A DNA stretch of 32,000 nucleotides from Candidatus Saccharimonadota bacterium (GTDB taxonomy: Bacteria; Patescibacteriota; Gracilibacteria; UBA4473). The stretch covers positions 990,001 to 1,022,000 of the forward strand of contig JAUIFI010000001.1 of the NCBI GenBank assembly GCA_030429505.1, read 5' to 3'. Positions 8,502 to 17,388 of the stretch are shown piece by piece; within the stretch, counting starts at the first letter, position 1, and each line of letters begins with the position of its first letter. The position numbers and the translations under genes were made by a program. The notes below the pieces were generated by a model. It did not search any database and was not told the origin of the DNA. It saw only the letters and a list, made by a program, of their open reading frames with translations.

Positions 8502-8909
8502 ATGCCAAACACAATCAACTCTCACGCCGTTATTAAAAAAGTTAGTCGACTTATGAAAGAATTCGGAATTCCAAAAGTAAAGCTTGGAGAAGTCCTCGGA
8601 ACCGACAAAAAAAATGATATTCGAACGAAATATGCGAGAGGAAAACGGTTTTTGGAAGGAAATAAAAAAGGCATATCACTCGAAGAAATAAATCAGCTAG
8701 CAAGCTTTTTTAATCAGCCTATTGAATTTTTCTTATACGAAGAATCCGTATCCCAAAAGTTAAAATCAAGTGAAAAAAATATTGAAAGAACCTCAAAAGG
8801 AGAGTCAGAGATTAAGCAAGGTCTAGAAAAAATGGGTTTTCCTCCGGAATTTATAGAACTCCAAATACAACAGCTTCGACTTCTCAAAAAATATCAATCT
8901 CCACGTTGA
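8502..8909 (+). CDS. XRE/Cro-like helix-turn-helix protein, paralog 1
   Basis: 135 aa. The N-terminal ..IPKVKLGEVLG...GISLEEINQLASFFNQPIEFFL resembles HTH_XRE helices. The conserved C-terminal block is GLEKMGFPPEFIELQIQQLR. It is a clear paralog of 9043..9441. Confidence 0.6.
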   Translation: MPNTINSHAVIKKVSRLMKEFGIPKVKLGEVLGTDKKNDIRTKYARGKRFLEGNKKGISLEEINQLASFFNQPIEFFLYEESVSQKLKSSEKNIERTSKGESEIKQGLEKMGFPPEFIELQIQQLRLLKKYQSPR

Positions 8910-8996
8910 TAGTCATTCTTTAGTAGAATACTAATCGAAGTAAGACATAAGTATGAGTATACTTTTTTTTAATATTTTTATTAAAAAAATGATTCA

Positions 8997-9025
8997 TTGA
9001 CCGAGTCAATGAACGATTCATAATC
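8997..9025 (+). promoter_or_regulatory. Promoter candidate of HTH paralog 2, with an operator-like palindrome
   Basis: TTGACC-17 nt-ATAATC. The perfect inverted repeat TCATTGA-CCGAG-TCAATGA (8994..9012) overlaps the -35 element. Confidence 0.5.
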
Positions 9026-9042
9026 AAAAAACGCAATTCGAT

Positions 9043-9441
9043 ATGAATCAAACAATAGATCCTTCTCATGTTATTACCCAAGTCAGACATCTGATGAAAA
9101 AATTAGATATTCCCAAGGTAAAGTTGGGAGAAGTTTTAGGCAAAAATGTCAAAGACAGTATTCAAACCAAATACGCCCGAGCTAACCGATTTTTGAAAGG
9201 ACAAAAAAAAGGTATTTCTTTAGAACAAATAAACCAATTAGCTACATTTTTTGAGAAACCAATCAATTTTTTTCTCTATCCTCAAAAACTAGAATCAGGA
9301 GAAAAGTGTACTCAGGATTCTCCTCCCGCAGAAAAAGCTATTCGAGAAGGATTAATGAAAATGGGATTTGACCAAGAGTTTATCGAACTTGAAATTCAAC
9401 AGCTCCGTAAATTTCAGTCCTATCATTCTCCTCGATCATGA
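9043..9441 (+). CDS. XRE/Cro-like helix-turn-helix protein, paralog 2
   Basis: 132 aa, colinear with paralog 1 (..IPKVKLGEVLG..GISLEQINQLATFFEKPINFFL..GLMKMGFDQEFIELEIQQLR..). Its stop overlaps the radC-like start (ATGA at 9438-9441). Confidence 0.6.
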   Translation: MNQTIDPSHVITQVRHLMKKLDIPKVKLGEVLGKNVKDSIQTKYARANRFLKGQKKGISLEQINQLATFFEKPINFFLYPQKLESGEKCTQDSPPAEKAIREGLMKMGFDQEFIELEIQQLRKFQSYHSPRS

Positions 9442-10148
9442 CCAAGGAAGGAGGTTTGACCTTTCTCAGTAGTTTTAAAGATCGTCCTGACGAAGGAAAG
9501 CCTCGAGAAAAATTAGAAAAATATGGACCCAAAGGCTTATCGCTCTGGGAATTAGTTGCTATTATTCTTCGTACTGGAGAAAGGCACAAGGGAGGACACT
9601 TTGAGGACGTGGAAGAATTATCTCGGCGACTACTGGCTGAAGCGGGATTTAAGGGGCTCTTTGCCCAAAGAGACATCCTAGAAACCACAGATCAATATCA
9701 GGTCTATAAAAGTCATGCTGAGATTTTGGTGGCTATATCTGAGATCCATCGTCGCTTAAAAGGCAATTTTGGGATCTTTGATGCCTCTGAACCCAGTAAA
9801 ATTTTTGACCAATTGAAATCGCTCCAAAAAGCGAAACAAGAACAATGTCATGTCCTGCACATCGATAAACACAAAAAATGTACTTTTTCAGAGATGGTAG
9901 CCCTAGGAGGACAAAATACCGTCGCTGTTTCTTTTTCAGATGTCTTGAGAACTCCCTTGTGGCTGGGAACCTCAGAGATAATAATCGTTCATAACCACTT
10001 AGGAAAAACCAAACCTAGTAAAGCGGATATTAGCTGGACACTAGCCTTAGCAGAAGGAGCGTGGCATATGCATCATATCAAAATATCCGATCATATCATT
10101 ATCGGAAGCGATGGATACTGTTCGTTTCAGGAAAAAGGATTGTTATAA
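9438..10148 (+). CDS. radC: RadC-family JAB/MPN metallopeptidase-like protein
   Basis: The N-terminal PREKLEKYGPKGLSLWELVAIILRTG matches the RadC HhH-like region. The C-terminal IIIVHNHLGKTKPSKAD matches the HxH...S..D JAB motif, with the spacer one residue shorter than the HNHPSG-type I remember. Confidence 0.85.
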   Translation: MTKEGGLTFLSSFKDRPDEGKPREKLEKYGPKGLSLWELVAIILRTGERHKGGHFEDVEELSRRLLAEAGFKGLFAQRDILETTDQYQVYKSHAEILVAISEIHRRLKGNFGIFDASEPSKIFDQLKSLQKAKQEQCHVLHIDKHKKCTFSEMVALGGQNTVAVSFSDVLRTPLWLGTSEIIIVHNHLGKTKPSKADISWTLALAEGAWHMHHIKISDHIIIGSDGYCSFQEKGLL

Positions 10149-10153
10149 AAAAA

Positions 10154-10204
10154 CCGTCAACGCTATTATACGTTGACGGCATAGTATCAGTTTTGTTCTG
10201 ATAC
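10154..10204. terminator. Two hairpins between convergent genes
   Basis: CCGTCAACG-CTATTATA-CGTTGACGG (10154-10179) and GTATCAG-TTTTGTT-CTGATAC (10184-10204). T-rich sequence follows at 10212-10217. Confidence 0.55.
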
Positions 10205-10226
10205 GGTGCTCTTTTTTACATAATTT

Positions 10227-11663
10227 CTATTGCTGTACAACTATCAATACAGTTCGTGATACGTTTCCAGATTGTACTTCCACAAAGTAACTACCTGGAA
10301 CAAGACCACTAGTCGATACTCTATTTTGATCGGGCATTTCCGTCTTACAAATACGTCCCATCATATCAAAAATCTTAACCTTGAGAGAAGAAATATTATC
10401 CTCTGTTACAAGGTGTGCGAATGATCCACTACTTATCGGGTTTGGGTAAATCACACTTTGATCTGGTGACTCAACTTTTTCCTCGATATGCACGGTAACA
10501 TCAAATATCTCATCAAGACTCAACTGAAGGAGTCCTGCTCTGGTTCCAACCCATAAATACTCTTCATTGGCATACATTGCCTCAGTTCCAAACCAATTGT
10601 CCGGATTCCACTCCGGAAATATGGCTTGAATATTTATGGGAATGGACTTCCCATCCTGTATAACAAAAGGAATTTGCGGATTCAAGACTGACGAAAATCC
10701 CACAAACTCAATTGAGCCAACAGTAGCAAAGTGAAAATGAGAGACATGTCGTAAATCATCAGACAAGTAGTTCTCATGAACACCGTTAGACGGATTATAT
10801 CGAATCATCCTAGTCGGATAAAGAATATCATCGCTACCTATGCCAGAATGAGCTGTCATAATCAGAGATCCGTCAGATGCAATAAAAAGATTCTCTACCA
10901 TTGCTCCATAAGAGACTCCTGCCTCATTAGGAACATGAAAGAGATCGAAAGAGTCTCTCTGTGGGTTATAGCGATAGAGCCCCCCTTGGGATTCAGGATG
11001 AATACGCATATAAGCGACCCACAGATCGCCATTGCCATCCTCGGCGACATTCGTTAGATGTCCAAATGTCGGGGAATACTTATGATGTTTCCTCTGGAGG
11101 GCATCCCCAAAAAGAAAAATTTCTTCATGAGGAGGTCCCACCCTGGAAAAAACAGTCCCATTTATGGTATCCCTAGATAGCACATTATGAGCTTTAGCAG
11201 TGATCCACGTTCTGGAATGCGAATCCGTAAATATCGTATTAAAAATCCTCTCGTCGAGAGAGTCTTTCCAATCAGAACGATGCCATCTCTGTTCCACCAC
11301 ATCAAAACGAAGGACTTCTCCCAGAAGAGTAACAATTGGATTGCCGTCTCTATCAAGTCCGAGATCATTGATTTGCATCACTTCAGTAGAATACGGATAA
11401 TCGTATTCTGCCATGGATACATTGACCCACTTGTCATCATCAGCATCGAACATCAGGATAGCAGAGTTCGTTACCAATAGATTGTTTATATAAGAGTTTT
11501 GATTGCCCAAGACCCATATTTGTGAGTCTTGATCCTCTACAATATCTACTATATGAAAACCATGAAACGATGATTCAGGGAACCAGCGTGATTGTCCCAA
11601 AGTAACTGTCTGGCTAGAAAAGACCATGATCGTTACCAAAAAACAAAAACTTAGTTTTTGCAT
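10227..11663 (-). CDS. Secreted beta-propeller-like protein with T9SS (Por) type A C-terminal sorting domain
   Basis: 478 aa with an N-terminal signal peptide. W/D/G-rich repeats are reminiscent of two-component-regulator propeller repeats. The C terminus, ..IYPNPISSG...LKVKIFDMMGRI...LVPGSYFVEVQSGNVSRTVLIVVQQ, fits the Por secretion tail pattern. Confidence 0.7.
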   Translation of the reverse strand: MQKLSFCFLVTIMVFSSQTVTLGQSRWFPESSFHGFHIVDIVEDQDSQIWVLGNQNSYINNLLVTNSAILMFDADDDKWVNVSMAEYDYPYSTEVMQINDLGLDRDGNPIVTLLGEVLRFDVVEQRWHRSDWKDSLDERIFNTIFTDSHSRTWITAKAHNVLSRDTINGTVFSRVGPPHEEIFLFGDALQRKHHKYSPTFGHLTNVAEDGNGDLWVAYMRIHPESQGGLYRYNPQRDSFDLFHVPNEAGVSYGAMVENLFIASDGSLIMTAHSGIGSDDILYPTRMIRYNPSNGVHENYLSDDLRHVSHFHFATVGSIEFVGFSSVLNPQIPFVIQDGKSIPINIQAIFPEWNPDNWFGTEAMYANEEYLWVGTRAGLLQLSLDEIFDVTVHIEEKVESPDQSVIYPNPISSGSFAHLVTEDNISSLKVKIFDMMGRICKTEMPDQNRVSTSGLVPGSYFVEVQSGNVSRTVLIVVQQ

Positions 11664-11699
11664 AACTCATTCCTTACATTTTATAATTAGTGTTAAATT

Positions 11700-12413
11700 T
11701 CAACATCCATCTTGGCAATCACGATCATATTCACTTTGTTCTGAACAGTCGGTTATACGCTCTTTACTCAGGAGCCTCATCCGTACAAAACGGTCCCCAA
11801 AAGTTAGATCATCTTGCCAACAGTATTGATAAGTTCTTCGACAGCAAGTGTTTCCACAAGCTTGCCATTTTGCAACTGTAACGGTCGTGGGATTTTCACC
11901 TTCTTCTGGGTAAGGGAGATCAAATCCGGGATCGCACTCACGAGAATCAGGATCAACTTCATAAGTACAATGAACCCAAATACCGCAAGAAGCACTATAT
12001 ATGCGAACACTCATTGTGGTATCACTCGGTTCCGGAAAAGTATCATCAGCAAAGCCACAAGGAGGGAATGATCCTCTCTCGCTGACTCTCTCTACAAATG
12101 AGGATATGGCAAATTCGAGTCCAACATTTAAGTTGTTCTCATACAAAGAAAGCCCTGGAAGGCTTTCACACTCTTCCTCAACGGAGATTGAGGTAATAAA
12201 AAATTCTGGTACATTGCTACCGTTACAAAATCGTTTTAGATAGAACACCCAGACATCACAATCCGGTTCTCCCAATCCGAGACGGATCCAAAGAGTGTCG
12301 CCCCAAGCATCACAGTTACTATCAGGTGGACACGGCTGAGCCATGACACCACTAAATTGAAAAAGAAAGACAAACAATAAGCAAATCAATCCTCTCTTCA
12401 TAAGAAGCTCCAT
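11700..12413 (-). CDS. Secreted 16-cysteine protein, paralog A (unknown family)
   Basis: 237 aa. The signal peptide ends ..GVMA-QPCPP. All 16 Cys align with those of the neighbouring paralog. Shared blocks are SASCGIWVHCTYEVD, CGNTCCRRTYQYC and a C-terminal CQDGC. Confidence 0.7.
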   Translation of the reverse strand: MELLMKRGLICLLFVFLFQFSGVMAQPCPPDSNCDAWGDTLWIRLGLGEPDCDVWVFYLKRFCNGSNVPEFFITSISVEEECESLPGLSLYENNLNVGLEFAISSFVERVSERGSFPPCGFADDTFPEPSDTTMSVRIYSASCGIWVHCTYEVDPDSRECDPGFDLPYPEEGENPTTVTVAKWQACGNTCCRRTYQYCWQDDLTFGDRFVRMRLLSKERITDCSEQSEYDRDCQDGC

Positions 12414-12439
12414 TTAAAAAGTCGTGAATCTTTAGTGAA

Positions 12440-13141
12440 TTACAAACAACCATCCTGACATGGTATTGTTTGATACTTTTCCGCGTCGCTACAAGCGGTA
12501 ATCTGTTCAGTACTAACAAGTTCAATATGAACAGAACGACCTGGACCTATTGAACAGTATCTAAAAGTTCTTTTGCAACAAGTAGTTCCGCAATCTTGAA
12601 ATCGATATACGTCAACCTTGGACGGGGTCCCATAATCCAAAAAAGGTTCTTCAAAACCTCTTTCACACGTACGGGTAGTAACATCTACATCGTAGGTGCA
12701 TTTCACCCATACACCACACGAAGCGGTGTAGACTTGGGCATTGTAGCTAGTATCACTTGGGTTTGGATCTGAGCAGTCAGCCATGTTAGGGAAGTCTTGC
12801 CGTGCTCTCTGCTTTATAAAACCACGGGTGATAGTTTCAAATGCTACGCTTAGGTCGTACTGATAGACAGTAAGATCCCGCATTGCCTCGCATGTTCCCA
12901 TATAGGAAACACCTGTAATAAGATATTGATACCCTTCATCGGGACAAAATCGTGATCTAAAATTCACTATAGCACGACAACTGGGATTAATTGTTATAAA
13001 TCTTTCGTATTGCTCTGGTCCAAAATCACCGCAATCATCTGGTGGCGGACATGGTTGAGCAAATGCAGGAATTCCGCTATAAAAAAAGAGTAAACCAAAA
13101 AGCATGGTGAGATATTTGTAATATTTCACTTTATACCTCAA
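12440..13141 (-). CDS. Secreted 16-cysteine protein, paralog B (unknown family)
   Basis: 233 aa. The signal peptide ends ..PAFA-QPCPP. Blocks are TASCGVWVKCTYDVD, CGTTCCKRTFRYC and CQDGCL. Confidence 0.7.
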   Translation of the reverse strand: MRYKVKYYKYLTMLFGLLFFYSGIPAFAQPCPPPDDCGDFGPEQYERFITINPSCRAIVNFRSRFCPDEGYQYLITGVSYMGTCEAMRDLTVYQYDLSVAFETITRGFIKQRARQDFPNMADCSDPNPSDTSYNAQVYTASCGVWVKCTYDVDVTTRTCERGFEEPFLDYGTPSKVDVYRFQDCGTTCCKRTFRYCSIGPGRSVHIELVSTEQITACSDAEKYQTIPCQDGCL

Positions 13142-13286
13142 GGAATAAAAATAACAGGAAAGAAAGTAGAGTTAATTGCATACTAAAGAGATGCATTTTT
13201 AGGCGAACAATGAATCAATACAAATTTTGGCGAACAACTAAACCAACAAGAAACACAAAAATAGAAGTTACGTAAAAGAGCTAAAA

Positions 13287-13315
13287 AATTATGAAAACAT
13301 TAAAAAAAGTGTCAA
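13287..13315 (-). promoter_or_regulatory. Promoter candidate for the Cys-rich/propeller operon
   Basis: Minus strand reads TTGACA-16 nt-CATAAT, in the 196-nt gap upstream of 13141. Confidence 0.5.
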
Positions 13316-13337
13316 TCGTATTTCTAATCAAAAACAC

Positions 13338-15743
13338 TTATTGTACAAACAAAATTGGAAAACAGTACGGAAAGTTCGTAAAGGAACATGTTGGTTGAGG
13401 AGGATCATCCTCTTCCAGACATTGTGCACTGGAGCTAGTGACATCACGCTGTCCAACTTTGTATGGATTCAAACTAATCACACATGGAACTGTTTTGGGA
13501 GTGCATCGACTAGGACTCGTGACATCAATAATTTGTTTTCCAGATTCAGTATAATCACATGGATCTTCATGAACTAAGCCACTCGCTGTCTCAGGATCAT
13601 CAATTTCTGGACGAAAGACAAACTTCTCATGAGCTTCTCCTTGAGCACCAATCACATTGACTGGGGTACGCCCCGGATCTTCGTTTGTCACTCCATTGAT
13701 CAATTCCAAAAGATTGATACTCGGCGGCTCGGAATCGTAAAAATCAATATCAATTACAAGATCATTTGAATCTATACAATTACCTACACGATCACAAACT
13801 TCAAATTCGATAGTCTTATTATCACAAAAACTACGCCCTCCTGAACGATCACAAAAATTTCCTACAACCGGAAAAGTCGCAAAGCTCGTGGCGGCATTTG
13901 GAAAAAAACATCCTGCCGTTCCGGAAGCTCCATCATCACAGAGAACAGTCAATGTTACCGCTTCATTTGTAAAGTACTCTTCGTTTGTAACTTGTTGACG
14001 AGTTTTCCCATCATAGAGAAAACTCACATTTGTAGGAACTGTTGTATCCAAAACAATAGAAGTGGTATTCGTCGTTTCGAGATCCGTTGACTCCTCAAAA
14101 CCATCACCAGCCAAATCAAATTGGATTTGTGGTATATAAACTCCATCAGGTACCGCTCCAAAAGCACTATTGGTATTTACTACAAAGGTATAGGCAGCAT
14201 CTATAATTCCTTCCGAATCAGACAACTCATTATCAGTAAGCACAAAAAACCCAGTCTGTCCCACTACCTGATTTCCACCGTCATAAAGCAAGACATTCAC
14301 CTGACTTACATCTGGTTGCAATAACCCTGAAGCACCATCAATCAAAGTGCCGGAAAAAGCCAAGCTACGGAAATCAGTAAAATCTCCAGAAGCTGCCGGA
14401 TTGGCAGCAGTATTATCAGTAGGTTCTGTCCAAGTATTCGATGGAGCAGCAAGCGACATCCCCCCCCATAAAAGAAAAGGTATAAAAAGCCACAGTCCTA
14501 GGCGGTCATGAAAAGGTTTATGCTTGTGATGTGAAAAAATAATAAAAAATCCTGCTACCACTAAAAGAGCCAAAAGGCTGTAAATAAACCATTTTTCCTT
14601 GACCAGATTAGACCAGAGATTGAACTGATGTTGAACTTGTCTCTCCAAAGGAGATCGATAGTTCTCGGTACGAAGCGTTTTTGTCTCAATAGTAGAACCA
14701 TTTTGTGATACATCTACTGTGAAATGAAATGTTGAAGCCCCTGGTTCTACAACATCAAAAGAAAAAAGTGTTTCAAATTCATCAAAATCAAATTCATTGA
14801 CTTCTCTGGTTTCCGAAAAAGTATGATGCACTTCACCTTTTGAAATCTGTTCACCATTGACCGTAAAAGTGAGTGGATCTCGATTATTACGAGTGGTCCC
14901 AGCGATAAAAAGATGAATCTTATTTCCTGGATCAATAAAGGTTTCCGGTTCAGCGTCCATAGCTCGGATATGGACAAAATCACCATCAATCAGGAATGGC
15001 TTAATAAGAGTCCCAGTTAACCGTTCTCCGTTTTCTGCAACAGCTTTGACTTCGACAATGTATTTTTTGGGAACGTCTGGAACAGGAAAAGAAAACTCTA
15101 TTTCCTTTTTTTCTTTTCCCGTCAAAGTTTGTATATCACCTTTCGCTGAAAAGAATATTTTTTCACCTACTTCATGCTCAAAAACAGTTACTATAGGCAC
15201 AAAAGACAACTCTTTATCTAAAGAATCTGTATCTTGCCAAACAAGAAAAGCTGTCTGCATCTGGTTATCTTTCTCAACTCTCAGGTTAGATATACGAGTA
15301 ATATCTTTATCCTGATTAATAACAATTTTTTGATGTCCTTGAGCTATCAAAGAGGCATTAAGCTGGCTTGTAATACGAAAATGAAGATTAAAATCCCCCG
15401 CTATATTTTTCTGTGAAAAATCATAAGAAAAAGGGATTACAATCTGGGGTATTCCGTATTCTTGGGAATGAAATAAAAAACTATCATTCCATGAAATTTG
15501 CTGTGTCCATACCTCAGCTCCAAAAGAGTCAGTAATACTCCAAGAAATATCACCAATATCATTCGATAATGTGTTTTTAAGCCAAGCTTTCCCAGTCATC
15601 TGAGCACCATCTATCTCCGGTCTGATATCAATAGTTTTTAATGATCTCGTTTTGATTGGAACGGCGTCAACACTTCCTATTCCTAAAAAGAAGAAGCTCA
15701 ACGCAACACAGATTCCTACCGAAGCAATGGAACGAACATGCAT
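13338..15743 (-). CDS. Large envelope protein with signal peptide, central TM hairpin and Cys-rich C-terminal domain
   Basis: ORF 13338..15749 has a TTG start, and the ATG two codons in (15743) is preferred. It has an N-terminal signal peptide. Mid-protein hydrophobic segments FIYSLLALLVVAGFFIIF and LGLWLFIPFLLWGGMSLAAPS are separated by HHKHKPFHDR. A DTTVP Ig-like hallmark is present, and the last roughly 200 aa are Cys-rich. Confidence 0.75.
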   Translation of the reverse strand: MHVRSIASVGICVALSFFFLGIGSVDAVPIKTRSLKTIDIRPEIDGAQMTGKAWLKNTLSNDIGDISWSITDSFGAEVWTQQISWNDSFLFHSQEYGIPQIVIPFSYDFSQKNIAGDFNLHFRITSQLNASLIAQGHQKIVINQDKDITRISNLRVEKDNQMQTAFLVWQDTDSLDKELSFVPIVTVFEHEVGEKIFFSAKGDIQTLTGKEKKEIEFSFPVPDVPKKYIVEVKAVAENGERLTGTLIKPFLIDGDFVHIRAMDAEPETFIDPGNKIHLFIAGTTRNNRDPLTFTVNGEQISKGEVHHTFSETREVNEFDFDEFETLFSFDVVEPGASTFHFTVDVSQNGSTIETKTLRTENYRSPLERQVQHQFNLWSNLVKEKWFIYSLLALLVVAGFFIIFSHHKHKPFHDRLGLWLFIPFLLWGGMSLAAPSNTWTEPTDNTAANPAASGDFTDFRSLAFSGTLIDGASGLLQPDVSQVNVLLYDGGNQVVGQTGFFVLTDNELSDSEGIIDAAYTFVVNTNSAFGAVPDGVYIPQIQFDLAGDGFEESTDLETTNTTSIVLDTTVPTNVSFLYDGKTRQQVTNEEYFTNEAVTLTVLCDDGASGTAGCFFPNAATSFATFPVVGNFCDRSGGRSFCDNKTIEFEVCDRVGNCIDSNDLVIDIDFYDSEPPSINLLELINGVTNEDPGRTPVNVIGAQGEAHEKFVFRPEIDDPETASGLVHEDPCDYTESGKQIIDVTSPSRCTPKTVPCVISLNPYKVGQRDVTSSSAQCLEEDDPPQPTCSFTNFPYCFPILFVQ

Positions 15744-15873
15744 ATTCAAGGTGTGTTTTTCTTTCCCTCATTCTAAAAGCTTTCCATTTGAAAGCAAAAT
15801 TTATTTACAAGGCGTTAAAAAAGAGCTAAAAGTATTGCCAATTTTCACAATTCGCGGAAAATAAAGACCGACT

Positions 15874-17388
15874 ATGAAATTTCGTCGCAAAAAAAGAAGA
15901 ACGCCCTATCGTTATCAAAGGCGCCGTACTCGGCGTCGAAATTTTGCTCCACTGATAACCTTTATTATAGCATTTTCCCTGTTTGTATTTTTGAGTATCA
16001 AGCTCATAAAAGTTATTTTTTCCGGAGTTCGATCTGAATCAGTCGCCTCTGAGATTCAAGTCATCAAGGGCAGGACAGAATTTTACTTTCCAGAAAAAGA
16101 GGAGTGGACTCCAGCTTATTCAGAACTCAAATTTTTAGAGGGCGATTCAATTCGTACTACCAGTAATTCTCAAGCTTCTCTCGAATTTTTTGGCGGAACA
16201 CTTGTTTTTCTCGACGAAAATACCGAAATTAATCTCAAAGAACTATCAGAAAAATCATCCGGTCAAAAAAACACGGTCATTCACCTCAAGCAAGGTCAAA
16301 TTTGGGTAAAGGTATCAGAGGATGATTTTGATACCGAAAAAGATTCGAAATTTCAGGTCCTAACGAATCGAGTCAAAGCTCATGTTCGGGGAACCATCTT
16401 TGATTTAACCACGAGTACCGATCAAGATGTTATTCGGCTCATTAAAGGGAATGTGGATGTAGATGTTTTGGGAGAAAAAGAAGATGAAGTTTTACAAAAT
16501 ATAAAAGTAGAAGTTGGACAAAAACTCGTCGTATCTCCTGTAAATATGGAAAATATCCAAGCCGGACAAGATGTAAAAGAAATCATTGACACTGAATTTA
16601 TTGAATCTGAATGGCATCTTCAAAATCTCGAACAGTTTTTTCCTCAAGAAGCAGCTCAAATTCGAAGAAGAATTGATATTACCACTCCGCAAGAACAACC
16701 AAAATTAGAGGAAACTCCAAATCAATCCGGAGAAGGCATAGAAGCTCCAGTAATCTTGGAACCAGCTAGTGGGACAACTGTTGTAGCTAGTGCCGATAGT
16801 GTCAAAATTGAAGGAACAGCACCCTCAGACGCTATGCAAATTGTCGTTAATGGATATACCTTGAGTCGATTTCAGCCCGGAGATCGTAAATGGGTGTATT
16901 TTGCGAGTACCAAATTTGGCACGCTCTTACCCGGAGAAAATAACTATGAAATCATTGCTGTTTCACGAGAAGGACAAAAATCAGCTCCAGCAAAACTCGC
17001 AATCACCTACCAAGGAACAACTACCCCCACAAATACAGAAGCTTCCGTAGCTCCTATAACGGCAGCGACAATTGATGATTTTAAATCACCAGTTATTACT
17101 TCTCCCCCTATTCTTAATCCTGGAGAACCATACCAAACCTCAGCTCCAGCAGTGACGATTAAGGGTATAGTCGACCCTAAGACCAATGCAGTCGAAGTCA
17201 ATGGATTTCGTCTTCAAAAGTTCGTCCCTGGAAAAACAGAATTCCAATACGTAGCCAATTCACAAGTCGCGAGTCCAAATTTTAAGACTGGAGAAAATAT
17301 ATTTGAAATCGTTGCTTTTGGACCGGATAACAAAAAGGCCAGCACCACACTTAAAATTCTCTATAATCCGGTTACTGTAACTCCATAA
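15874..17388 (+). CDS. FecR-domain membrane protein with two C-terminal Ig-like repeats
   Basis: Arg/Lys-rich N terminus plus one TM. The segment ..KGRTEFYFP...LKFLEGDSIRTTSNSQASLEFFGGTLVFLDENTEINL..QGQIWVKV..RGTIFDL fits a FecR-type beta sandwich. Two roughly 90-aa repeats follow (..VNGYTLSRFQPGDRKW..NNYEIIAV.. and ..VNGFRLQKFVPGKTEF..NIFEIVAF..). Confidence 0.7.
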   Translation: MKFRRKKRRTPYRYQRRRTRRRNFAPLITFIIAFSLFVFLSIKLIKVIFSGVRSESVASEIQVIKGRTEFYFPEKEEWTPAYSELKFLEGDSIRTTSNSQASLEFFGGTLVFLDENTEINLKELSEKSSGQKNTVIHLKQGQIWVKVSEDDFDTEKDSKFQVLTNRVKAHVRGTIFDLTTSTDQDVIRLIKGNVDVDVLGEKEDEVLQNIKVEVGQKLVVSPVNMENIQAGQDVKEIIDTEFIESEWHLQNLEQFFPQEAAQIRRRIDITTPQEQPKLEETPNQSGEGIEAPVILEPASGTTVVASADSVKIEGTAPSDAMQIVVNGYTLSRFQPGDRKWVYFASTKFGTLLPGENNYEIIAVSREGQKSAPAKLAITYQGTTTPTNTEASVAPITAATIDDFKSPVITSPPILNPGEPYQTSAPAVTIKGIVDPKTNAVEVNGFRLQKFVPGKTEFQYVANSQVASPNFKTGENIFEIVAFGPDNKKASTTLKILYNPVTVTP

